Program-made: the position numbers and the translations under genes
The notes under the pieces: generated by a model
Databases searched by the model: none
The model's input: only the letters and a program-made list of their open reading frames with translations
What the model was told of the DNA's origin: nothing
In this document: in pieces, positions 1-8,930 of the stretch
How the letters are laid out: the number at the start of each line of letters is the position of its first letter
Numbering within the stretch: position 1 is the first letter of the stretch
NCBI GenBank assembly: GCA_963801355.1
Contig: CAWDEM010000008.1
Coordinates: forward strand, 64,001-128,000
Length of the DNA stretch: 64,000 nt
Reading direction: 5' to 3'
Origin: Ignavibacteriota bacterium
GTDB taxonomy: Bacteria > Bacteroidota > Ignavibacteria > UBA10030 > UBA6906

Positions 1-798
1 GCCTCGTGGTTGGAGTCCGACACCGCTCGCCCTGACACGGCGCAGTTTACCTACCGCGGCATCGGCCAACGCATCCTGGGCGCCTGGGCCGGATGGAGCT
101 CGCCGAATCATATCCTGGCCTGCCGCGAAACACTGAACGCGCACTGGGGCGGCCCGGAGCTGAAGAACAAGGTGCGGGTTCTCCAGAACTGCTGCGGGGG
201 CTCTGGCCTGCATGGGCTTTTCATTTTATGGAAGAACGCCGCACGGTTCGAGGCCGGAACCCTGTCTGTCAATATGCATATTGACAAGAAACTGCCCCAG
301 GCGGAGATTCGCAGCGAACAGCCATACCGCGGCCTCCTGCGAATCACCCTGAAAGAGGACAGCGGAGTGAGAGTTCGCGTCCCCGAGTTCACCAGTGCTG
401 CCGAGATGAGAGTCCGTGTGAACGGGGCGGATGTGACAAACGCCGCGCCGGCGTTCGGGAATTATCGCGAACTGAGACAGCTTCGCGCCGGAGATCGGAT
501 CGAAGTGGCATACCCTCTGCCGATCAGGACGGAAGATATCGTGGTCGGCAACCCGGGGTTTAGGCAATGGCGGTATCGAGCCACATGGAAGGGCGACACT
601 GTGGTCCGCATGGAGCCGGTCGATAACGACGTAGAAACGGCTTACTCCGATTTTGACAAGGCTCAAGTGGGGGTTTTCTATGGCCGGAACGGCCCCGGCC
701 AACTCTACCAGCGCGATCAAATGCTTCAGGAGGTTGAACCTTCCGAAGCGGAACTCCAGCTGGACGATGGCGGGCCAGATTTCTGGAAAATCAAGTAG
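1..798 (+). CDS. C-terminal part of a GH127/GH146-like (beta-L-arabinofuranosidase-like) glycoside hydrolase, truncated by window edge
   Basis: Frame open from window start; 'LQNCCGGSG' Cys-Cys motif followed by a beta-sandwich segment 'VRVRVPEF...VRVNG...GDRIEVAYPL' typical of this family. Confidence 0.55.
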   Translation, partial: ASWLESDTARPDTAQFTYRGIGQRILGAWAGWSSPNHILACRETLNAHWGGPELKNKVRVLQNCCGGSGLHGLFILWKNAARFEAGTLSVNMHIDKKLPQAEIRSEQPYRGLLRITLKEDSGVRVRVPEFTSAAEMRVRVNGADVTNAAPAFGNYRELRQLRAGDRIEVAYPLPIRTEDIVVGNPGFRQWRYRATWKGDTVVRMEPVDNDVETAYSDFDKAQVGVFYGRNGPGQLYQRDQMLQEVEPSEAELQLDDGGPDFWKIK

Positions 799-858
799 TC
801 CGAGACGCTACGGCCCGATGGATTTCCACCGGGCCGCAGCGCTGATTGTCCTCAAGCC

Positions 859-3066
859 TCAGCGCAGCAAGATCAACTTCTTCGTATCCACAAAGGCGCC
901 TGCTGTCATGCGGCACAGATACACGCCGCTCGCGAGGCCTGTTGCGTCAAACGTCACTTGATGGGTCCCTGGTTCTTTCCTCTCATCGACCAGCACCGCT
1001 ACTTCCCGGCCGAGAAGGTCGTAGACGGCAAGCCGCACCTCGCTGACCACTGGTAACAGGTAGCCGACAACTGTTTTCGGATTAAACGGATTGGGATAGT
1101 TTTGCGAAAGTGCGTATTCTGACGGTACAACTGTTCCCCCGGGTTCTACCCCCACGCTTGTTGTCTGGAGGGTATATTCCTCCACCGTTGAACAAGGCAC
1201 CCAAGGGTAGCCCTGCGCCACCGACCCCCCAATGGCATAGACCTTACCGTTCACCACGCTGGTGGAAAGCAAGCCCCGTGCCGTCGGCATGTCGGCTAGC
1301 CCAGTCCAGAAGTCCGTCGTCGGGCTATACACTTCAACGGTCGAAAGAACAGGGGCGCTCACTCCACTCCCTGAATAGCCCCCAAAGGCATAGATCTTCC
1401 CGTTTACCACGCTGGTGGATAATCCTTTTCTTGCTGTTGGCATGGGGGCTTTCGCAGTCCATTTATCCGTGGCCGGGTCGTACGCTTCCACGACGCCAAT
1501 GCCTGCCACATCCATAGTACCAGAGCCACCCCCGAGTGCATAGATCTTCCCGTCCAGCACGCTGGTGGAAAGCCCGCCTCTTACTGTCGGCATCGGGGCT
1601 TTCGTGGTCCATTTATCCGTGGTCGGGTCGAATTCTTCCACGGTTGACACGTCCCACGTACCAACGCGACCACCCCCAATGGCATAGATCCTTCCATTCA
1701 CCACGCTGCTGGATAAACTGTGTCTTGCGGTTGCCATGGGGGCTTTCGTGGTCCACGTATTCGTCGCCGGGTCGTACGCTTCTACAGTCGCAACTTGTTG
1801 GTTCGCCTGTGGTGCACCCCCGATGGCATAAATCTTCCCATCAACCACGCTAGTGGAATGAAAGAACCTGGCGGTTGGCATCGGGGCTTTCGTGGTCCAT
1901 ACATCCCTGGCCGGGTCGTACTCTTCCACCGTAGAAAGAGTCGTCATACTCGTACCAGCTGCACCGCCGATGGCATAAATCTTCCCATTCACCTCGCTGG
2001 TGGATAAACCGTATCTTGCGGTAGGCATTTTGGTCTTCGTTGTCCAGAAGTCTTCTTTGACCAAATATTCCTCCACCGTGGAAAACATCGTAGGCTGAGG
2101 GTATGGATTCGACCCACCTATCGCATAGATCTTATTATGGATCGAACCCACAAAGAGCCCAAGCCGTTCCTTCCGCATTGGAGATTTTGTGGTCCATGTA
2201 TTTTTGGCTGGATCGTAGACTTCATTGATTGTACACGCACCCGTAGTTGAACAACCGCCAATGGCATAGATTGTTCCATCCACCACACAGGTACCTAGAC
2301 CGAAGCGCTGCGTCGGCATGTCAGATACGGCTCTCCAAGAATTCGTTACCGGATTGTACATCTCAACGACTTTGTAGGGCTGATAGCTGGCATCACATCC
2401 TCCAATGGCATAGATCTTCCCATTCACGACGGAGGCAGACAAGCCAAATCGAGCTGTCGGCATGCTGGCCTTCGACGTCCACGATTGCGTATAAGGGTTA
2501 TAGGCCATTACCGTTTGACTCGGTGGACCTGGCGCTACGGTACATCCACCAATGAGATAGATCTGGCTATCGACAACTGCTATGCCACACCACGCATTGA
2601 TATATGGCATATCAGCTTTCTGCGTCCAAGTGCCCATCGTTGGATCATATACATAGACCCTCTTCGTAGCCGTCGACTGCACAGTGGGGTTGATACCTCC
2701 AAATACGTACATCTTGCCGTTGAATGTGCAGGCTGCAGGAATACAGAGTCTGGATGGCAGAGTATCTTTCTTGGTCCACGTATCACCCGTTGGATCATAC
2801 ATTTCCAAAGCTGGTGTCAGGTCTGTTTCATTCAGAGCTCCGCCGACAACGTATATTTTTCCATCAATGACACATCCACCAGGCAGTGTTCTTGCGGTTG
2901 GCATGCTGGCTTTCGTTGTCCAGGTGTCGACTGTGGTAATCATGTGCGACAACGGCCGTCTCCAATTGTCGCCGGTAGGAGTCCCGGCATAGAGATACGG
3001 GCCGAGGACGGCGAGAGTGCACAGCAGAATAACGGCAACTGCGAGACATACGAACCAGGTTCTCAT
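859..3066 (-). CDS. Secreted Kelch-repeat protein (12 repeats, two six-bladed propellers) with T9SS-type C-terminal sorting domain
   Basis: Signal peptide; 12 copies of W..K..MPT.R.....V..GKIY.IGG...VE.YDP; C-terminal 'LSQNYPNPFNPKT...SGVYLCRM...KKLILLR'. Confidence 0.9.
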   Translation of the reverse strand: MRTWFVCLAVAVILLCTLAVLGPYLYAGTPTGDNWRRPLSHMITTVDTWTTKASMPTARTLPGGCVIDGKIYVVGGALNETDLTPALEMYDPTGDTWTKKDTLPSRLCIPAACTFNGKMYVFGGINPTVQSTATKRVYVYDPTMGTWTQKADMPYINAWCGIAVVDSQIYLIGGCTVAPGPPSQTVMAYNPYTQSWTSKASMPTARFGLSASVVNGKIYAIGGCDASYQPYKVVEMYNPVTNSWRAVSDMPTQRFGLGTCVVDGTIYAIGGCSTTGACTINEVYDPAKNTWTTKSPMRKERLGLFVGSIHNKIYAIGGSNPYPQPTMFSTVEEYLVKEDFWTTKTKMPTARYGLSTSEVNGKIYAIGGAAGTSMTTLSTVEEYDPARDVWTTKAPMPTARFFHSTSVVDGKIYAIGGAPQANQQVATVEAYDPATNTWTTKAPMATARHSLSSSVVNGRIYAIGGGRVGTWDVSTVEEFDPTTDKWTTKAPMPTVRGGLSTSVLDGKIYALGGGSGTMDVAGIGVVEAYDPATDKWTAKAPMPTARKGLSTSVVNGKIYAFGGYSGSGVSAPVLSTVEVYSPTTDFWTGLADMPTARGLLSTSVVNGKVYAIGGSVAQGYPWVPCSTVEEYTLQTTSVGVEPGGTVVPSEYALSQNYPNPFNPKTVVGYLLPVVSEVRLAVYDLLGREVAVLVDERKEPGTHQVTFDATGLASGVYLCRMTAGAFVDTKKLILLR

Positions 3067-3198
3067 CTTGCCCTCCTCTCAATGCGACGACTGTAGGAAT
3101 TTCGGTGGCTCTTCGGCTCCCACATCGAGCCATTGAGTTTGATGCCGACAAAAAATTAGCGTACTTCGAGGCTCGCCAGCCAAGAGGGCAAGTCCGGG

Positions 3199-3768
3199 CT
3201 AGTGAGATTGTATGTATCCTTCGTATTCGCCATAGGGCGGATCTGCTGACGCATGATATATCCCCGTCATGACGAACTTCATTCCGTCAATTGTTCCGCC
3301 AGTCCCATGACCAATTATCTTCAAATTGTGCGTGAACTCTTCCGGACCCGTCATGGTCCTGTATCCTTCCCACGAGCCCGCCCATACTCCGCCGATGGCC
3401 GGCCTCAACGTGAATTTCCCATGCAGCGGGCCTTCCCCCGTAGTGAGACTCCATGAACAATCGCAAATGTTGTGCAATAAGCCCGCCATGCGTGGGTCGC
3501 TAGCTAACTCCTCGACTTCAACCTCCATCCCGCTGATAATCAACCTGTTCCCCACAAACTTCCAATCGCCGGGGCTAATTTCAACGGCCGTGACCTTATT
3601 ATCAATTGCTGTGAAGTCTGTCCGCTCCACCTTTTCCAGGGGAGCAGGCGCGCTTTGAAGTCCGGCCTGGTCAGTCGGCCCAGCAACAGGAGCCGAACTA
3701 TCCGAACATCCCAACATCACAAACGCCATACTTGCCATCAGGAAGAAAGCAATAGACAGAGCTTTCAT
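3199..3768 (-). CDS. Hypothetical lipoprotein
   Basis: Start moved to ATG at 3768 (MKALSIAFFLMASMAFVMLGC) after AGAAAGG; lipobox MLG-C; beta-rich mature part. Confidence 0.75.
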   Translation of the reverse strand: MKALSIAFFLMASMAFVMLGCSDSSAPVAGPTDQAGLQSAPAPLEKVERTDFTAIDNKVTAVEISPGDWKFVGNRLIISGMEVEVEELASDPRMAGLLHNICDCSWSLTTGEGPLHGKFTLRPAIGGVWAGSWEGYRTMTGPEEFTHNLKIIGHGTGGTIDGMKFVMTGIYHASADPPYGEYEGYIQSH

Positions 3769-3864
3769 GATTTTGCCCTTTCTGATAATGAGTGAGTAGA
3801 AGTACAAGCAACACGTGGACGTGAGACTTCGCCGTGGCTCCATGCTGTGCGATTGGTGGAGCCC

Positions 3865-3910
3865 AATATAATGGCAAAGATCAACTAGGGAAATCGGTCT
3901 TTTTCGGTAA
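3865..3910 (-). promoter_or_regulatory. Putative activator-dependent promoter: -10 TATATT plus two ACCGA direct repeats 10 bp apart
   Basis: Minus strand reads ttACCGAaaaagACCGAtttccctagttgatctttgcCATTATATTGGG; the same CCATTATATTGGG occurs in the promoter around 49653. Confidence 0.35.
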
Positions 3911-4017
3911 TCTCTTGGAGAAACGCACGCGTAGGGGGAGAAAGATCAGCAGAAGTGCGTACAGTAGCAGCTGAATTAATCGCTCACGTGCTGGAGCAAT
4001 GGAGCAGAGAGAGCAGC

Positions 4018-4644
4018 CTATTTCCGTAAGAACTTCAGCACAGCCTGGGTGCGGGACCGGACGTGAAGCTTCTGGTAAATGTTTCTGAGGTGGGTTCGAA
4101 CTGTCTTGACACTGATGAAGAACTGGTCGGCAATTTCCTGGTCTTGGTATCCCTTGGCAAGGAACGAGAGAATCTCCATCTCCCGCTCGGTGAGATTCTC
4201 CGTCTCTTTGGAAGACTTACCCATCTCCTGAAAAGCCTGCACCACTTTGCGGGCGATTTGGTCAGACATCGGGGAACCGCCTTCATGGATATCCTTGATC
4301 GCCCCGAGCAATTCTGCCGCCGGTGTCCTTTTGAGGATATACCCTGTAGCTCCGGCAACAATGGACTTGAACACCTTCTCATCATCCTCAAAGACGGTCA
4401 GCATCATGACCTGAAGATTCGGGTTTTTCTCCTTGAGTTTCTCTACACACTCGATGCCAGACATCCTTGGGAGCTGGATGTCCATCAACACGACATCGGG
4501 GCTGTATGACGGGAGATGACGCAGGGCTTCCTCCGCGCTCTCGTAGGCCGCCGTGCATTGAAATCCCTCCGAGCCGTCAATGAGTATTGCCAGACCCTCC
4601 CGAATCTTCTTGTTGTCTTCAACGATTGCGACTTTAATAGGCAT
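4018..4644 (-). CDS. NarL/FixJ-family response regulator (REC + LuxR HTH)
   Basis: 'IVEDN...DVVLMDIQLP...GYILK' receiver; 'LTEREMEIL...IADQFFISVKTVRTHLRNIYQKLHV' LuxR HTH. Confidence 0.95.
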   Translation of the reverse strand: MPIKVAIVEDNKKIREGLAILIDGSEGFQCTAAYESAEEALRHLPSYSPDVVLMDIQLPRMSGIECVEKLKEKNPNLQVMMLTVFEDDEKVFKSIVAGATGYILKRTPAAELLGAIKDIHEGGSPMSDQIARKVVQAFQEMGKSSKETENLTEREMEILSFLAKGYQDQEIADQFFISVKTVRTHLRNIYQKLHVRSRTQAVLKFLRK

Positions 4645-4675
4645 GGATTGAGTGTACCTACGTACACTGTCAGAT

Positions 4676-7600
4676 TCAATACTTAGAATTAGGTAAATCG
4701 GTCGGCCTATGGCTCCTCAGTGTCGCCTGAATTGCAAGCAGCGTTCCACAACCGGGCGTGGAATCTATCCTGAGAGTCGCTCCCACATCTGCGATCCGCT
4801 TGTTCATGCTCCTCAAGCCGTTTCCTGTCCCGAGTCGATCATTGAGAACAAACCCTTTCCCATTATCGGAGACAAGAATTTCCAGGTTGTCTTCCATACA
4901 CTTCACAGCGATCGAGACTTCCGTGGCCGCAGAGTGTTTGACGATATTGTGAAGAGCTTCCTTGACTGCAAGGAAGAGATTCCGGCGTAGCTCAGCGCGG
5001 AGTGGGAGGTCGGGAACAACGTCAGGGGCTGCAAACCTGCAGGATATGTTGGCCAGGCCCAGGTATTTGACCGCATCCCTTCGCACGCGAGCGACGAAGC
5101 TGTCGAGTGTGTCGTTGCTCGGATTCAGTGCCCAGACAATCTCGCTGACGCTGTCGATCACCTCCGCTGCGCGTTCGGAGATCTGCTGAATATACATTTC
5201 CGCTTCCTCGGGCTTCTTTCTCGCCAACTCACCCAGTATGGAAATCTCTGATAAACTGGACCCAACCTCATCGTGCATGTCTTGAGAAATGCGGGCACGT
5301 TCGTTCTCCAACGCTCGCGCCAACTCCAACCGTTCGATTCTTCTCATCAGCTTTCTCTTCTCAACGTACCGGACTGTTTCAGCGGCAATGCCAAGCAGAA
5401 GCATCATCGCAGGTATCCGGAACCACCATGTTACCCAGAACGGCGGCGAGATAATGACAGCAATGGAAGCCCCTTCTTCGTTCCAGACACCATCGTTGTT
5501 GGATCCCTTAACGCGAAAAACATATTCTCCGCCATCGAGGTTTGTGTACGTTGCCGATCGGCGCGTACCGCAGTACACCCACTCTCTGTCAAATCCCTCA
5601 AGCATGTAAGCATACTCGTTCTTTTCGGGGCGTAAAAAGTCCAATGCAGCAAACTCAAAGGAGAAGACGTTTTCCTTGTACGATACTTCGATCGCACCGG
5701 ACCGGCCGATGGCTTGACGGATGTCCACCGGATTGTCGAATTTCCTGAAGCCTGTGATGACAATCGGTGGAACGTGAGTGTTCTCCTTGACGCTATCAGG
5801 GTGGAACATGGTGAAACCACTGGTGCCGCCGAAGCAAAGTTCGCCACTTCTGAGTTTGGCATGGCAACCATAAGAGAACCGGATTCCCAGCAAACCGTCT
5901 CCGGCATCATAATTGTTGAAATGTTTTGTTCGAGGATCAAATCGGGAAAGACCCATGCCGGTGGCGATCCAAAACCGTCCATGGTCGTCTTCTTCCATAC
6001 ACCAAACAAGATCATTCGCCAGGCCGTCCCTGGTCGTGAAGTGAACGAATGTTCTGGTTTTCGGCTCAAAGCTCCAGAGACCGCCCTGAGTTGCCAGCCA
6101 GACTGTGCCGGAGTGATCTTGGTGGGTCTGCATGATATTATTGCTTCGACTCGTGTATTGCGTGTCGGGGAAGAATTGTTGGAATTCCCCACGCTTCATG
6201 TCAAATCTCGTGAACCCATGATCAGTTGCGATCCATAGGAGTTCTTCGTCCCGACGGGAAGTATTTACCTCGAAATCCCAGACTACATTACCGATCATGC
6301 CATTAGGATTATCGGGATCCCGAAAGAAATGTGTAAGCTGATCCGTTCGGGGATTGAATCTCTTCAATCCCGCACTATATGTGCCAAACCACAACATTCC
6401 TGATCCATCCTCATAGATTGTGCGGATGCGTGTGTCACTTATGGTCTTCGGATAGTGCTGAAATGTCTGACTTCCAGGGGGAAGCTTGTCAAGACTTCCT
6501 CCCAACGTGCCGATCCACAGCGAACCCGATCCACTCTCACAGAGACCAGTGACGTAATCACTGCTAATGCTATTAAGGTCTCTCGGACTATGCAGGAAAT
6601 GTTCGAACACTGCGGTCGCTGGATCGAAGCGGTTAAGTCCACCGCCTAAAGTGGCGACCCATAGATTCCCCTTGCGATCCTCCTTGATCGATCCAATATA
6701 ATTGTTACTCAGGCTCCGCCGATCGTCAGGGTCATGAGAGAAGTTTCGAAAGATGTTCATTTCCGCAACATACCTGTCAAGGCCAACTGCAGTTCCGACC
6801 CACACCGTCCCGGATTGATCTTCACAAAGAGAAGTGACGTTATCACTGCTCAGGGTTACGGGGTCCTTAGGGTTGTTCACATGATGCTCGAACTTCCTTT
6901 CCTGCGAGCGCCGTCTATCGAGGCCTCCGTTAAATGTCGCGATCCACAGATCGCCTGATCGATCAACAAGCAGCTGATTCACGGCGTTGTTGCTCAGGCT
7001 TGTGGGATCCCATGGCCGGTGGACGAATGTCTCGAATGTCTTCGTCATCGGATCGAACTTCTTGACGCCGGCAACGAACGTGCCAACCCAGATATTCCCG
7101 GAATGATCTTCACAAAGAGTCCTCACTCCGTCGGGATCAAGAATGCTTGTATCTGTGCGAGCACTTTGATAGCAATCCCATTCGTTCGTGACAGGATCAA
7201 TCCTGTGCAACCAACCACCTCGTGTGCCAATCCAGAGAACCCCTTTGTGATCCCGAATAATGGCGCGCACCCTGTTGTCGCGCAACGTCTTTTTCCTTAC
7301 CGTCAGCCGACTCGTATCAAGCACGAGCCGCGTGAAAGTATTGTCATGTGCGTTGAACTTGTTCAGGCCAGCACTCCTCGTTCCAACCCACAACTCACCC
7401 TTGCCATCCTCACCTATGGCAGTGATGGAATCGGAACTGATGCTGTGCTCGTCATGAGCACTGTGGACATATCGCGTGAACTTCTCCGTCTTCGAATCGA
7501 ATCTGTTCAACCCCGCATATGTCCCGACCCACAAATCCCCATAGTGATCCTCAAAGAGGGCTCTCACGTCGTTGTTAATCAAACTCGCTTCATCTTCGGG

Positions 7601-7858
7601 GTCGTTACGATACACCTGGAAGCGGTATCCGTCATAGCGGCCAAGACCATCGACTGTGGCAACCCAGAGATACCCGTCGGTGTCCAGGAGAATCCGATTC
7701 ACAGCACTGTTCGGAAGTCCCTGCTCGATGCCAATATGCTGAAATCGAATTGTCTCTTTGGGGGCTGAGAATACAACGCAATGCAGACTGAACAGAAGGA
7801 CACAAACATATTGGAGCGAGTTGAGCTTCAACCAGCCTATTGACGGAGGAAACAACAT
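4676..7858 (-). CDS. Sensor histidine kinase with periplasmic beta-propeller (Reg_prop) repeats, Y_Y_Y domain, TM helix and HisKA_3/HATPase
   Basis: Repeated 'ED..G.LW.GT..GL.RFD'; 'YAYMLEGFD..W...ATYTNL..GEY.FRV'; 'ERARISQDMHDEVGSSL'; 'DNGKGF...GNGL'. Start estimated at ATG 7858; the upstream extension looks non-coding. Confidence 0.92.
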   Translation of the reverse strand: MLFPPSIGWLKLNSLQYVCVLLFSLHCVVFSAPKETIRFQHIGIEQGLPNSAVNRILLDTDGYLWVATVDGLGRYDGYRFQVYRNDPEDEASLINNDVRALFEDHYGDLWVGTYAGLNRFDSKTEKFTRYVHSAHDEHSISSDSITAIGEDGKGELWVGTRSAGLNKFNAHDNTFTRLVLDTSRLTVRKKTLRDNRVRAIIRDHKGVLWIGTRGGWLHRIDPVTNEWDCYQSARTDTSILDPDGVRTLCEDHSGNIWVGTFVAGVKKFDPMTKTFETFVHRPWDPTSLSNNAVNQLLVDRSGDLWIATFNGGLDRRRSQERKFEHHVNNPKDPVTLSSDNVTSLCEDQSGTVWVGTAVGLDRYVAEMNIFRNFSHDPDDRRSLSNNYIGSIKEDRKGNLWVATLGGGLNRFDPATAVFEHFLHSPRDLNSISSDYVTGLCESGSGSLWIGTLGGSLDKLPPGSQTFQHYPKTISDTRIRTIYEDGSGMLWFGTYSAGLKRFNPRTDQLTHFFRDPDNPNGMIGNVVWDFEVNTSRRDEELLWIATDHGFTRFDMKRGEFQQFFPDTQYTSRSNNIMQTHQDHSGTVWLATQGGLWSFEPKTRTFVHFTTRDGLANDLVWCMEEDDHGRFWIATGMGLSRFDPRTKHFNNYDAGDGLLGIRFSYGCHAKLRSGELCFGGTSGFTMFHPDSVKENTHVPPIVITGFRKFDNPVDIRQAIGRSGAIEVSYKENVFSFEFAALDFLRPEKNEYAYMLEGFDREWVYCGTRRSATYTNLDGGEYVFRVKGSNNDGVWNEEGASIAVIISPPFWVTWWFRIPAMMLLLGIAAETVRYVEKRKLMRRIERLELARALENERARISQDMHDEVGSSLSEISILGELARKKPEEAEMYIQQISERAAEVIDSVSEIVWALNPSNDTLDSFVARVRRDAVKYLGLANISCRFAAPDVVPDLPLRAELRRNLFLAVKEALHNIVKHSAATEVSIAVKCMEDNLEILVSDNGKGFVLNDRLGTGNGLRSMNKRIADVGATLRIDSTPGCGTLLAIQATLRSHRPTDLPNSKY

Positions 7859-8070
7859 GATGTGCCTTCTTCCGGAAACCGGGATGTCGCAGACAAGGAG
7901 AGCAAGGGATTCAATCCAGCCGACAACTGTACCCGCGTTCGAAGAGGGAGTGCAGATGGAGTCAAAGTGCAGGTGCGCTTCCAGGCCTGACGCGGGAGAC
8001 CCCGCATTCGACCTCTGTAAGCTTGGCGGAAATATACGGCAGGCACTGCTAAATGTCCATAGACGGTATG

Positions 8071-8118
8071 TTAAAAAGGCAAGCCAGTTAAAAAGGTAAG
8101 CCATAAAAAAGGTAAGCC
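8071..8118. repeat. Three tandem copies of AAAAAGG(C/T)AAGCC (period 17 and 16 bp)
   Basis: ttaaaaaggcaagccag / ttaaaaaggtaagcca / taaaaaaggtaagcc read directly. Confidence 0.85.
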
Positions 8119-8189
8119 TCGATTTCAGTGTCTCTATTGGTGTGTTGACCAACAATGTACCACAACCGTAGAGAGGCCTACCATGTCTG

Positions 8190-8390
8190 TGACCTGGCCC
8201 CCCGCTCGTGATCCAAGAATTAGTTCGTGGAATTATATCTTGGATCAGAAGGAGGGGTATATGGGAAAGCCATGGCTTACGGCAGCAGATTATCGGCAAG
8301 CTGCGAGAGGCAGAGGTGCTTCAGAGCAAAGGGATGCCGATCGAGGAGGTTTTGCAGCAGTTGGGGACCAGCGATGCGACGTACTCGTAG
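8190..8390 (+). mobile_element. Left end of an IS3-family (IS407-group-like) element with frameshifted, truncated orfA
   Basis: Begins TGACCTGGCCCCCC (IS407-like terminal repeat); RBS GGAGG then ATG 8261; shifted frame gives 'QIIGKLREAEVLQSKGMPIEEVLQQLGTSDATYS*', matching the IS3 OrfA HTH. Confidence 0.8.
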
Positions 8391-8930
8391 CTATCGATTC
8401 CCCCTAAAGTGCCAAACCAGAGCAATCCGCGGGAATCCTGAAACACCTTTCGCACGTATATCATCTCCACGGCCGATGCTGTAGGTCCCTGGCGAATCGT
8501 TGCATCTTGAGCATCAACCTCAAGTGCTCCACATCGGAACTCACTGTAGACAGGTTGTAAGTAGTTTTGGTAATTCGATGCACTCCATGTAATTCAAGCC
8601 CAGGGAAACGCTGCTTGAGGGGAACAAATACGATGTGCTAGTGGTTTTATTATGGTACGCTTTAGCCGTCATTTTTCTTTACTGTTCCCTTCATGGCGAT
8701 TGCGGATGCGCCTCTCCCATACCACCAGGGAGATCATCATCGGCAGTCTCGGGAGCTCCTGTGTGCAGCGGGTTATTGTGCTCGACGAATCGTCGCTCCT
8801 CAGGGAGTAGACGAAATCAAGGACTCTCACGCTGGCAATTCCCTCACCTCAGCACTCCGTCAACAACACATTCTTCACCCCTATTCTATTCATTGACCGG
8901 TTCAAAGAATCCTAGTTCCGGGAGGACTCC

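Noticed and set aside
1200-2950. Periodic ~140-150 bp DNA repeats as a CRISPR array or DGR target
   Set aside because: They are in-frame Kelch coding repeats; no cas or reverse transcriptase gene and no template repeat seen in the window
7859-8299. 147-aa N-terminal extension of the histidine kinase
   Set aside because: Runs through the repeat array and IS scar; a signal-like segment begins only at Met 7858
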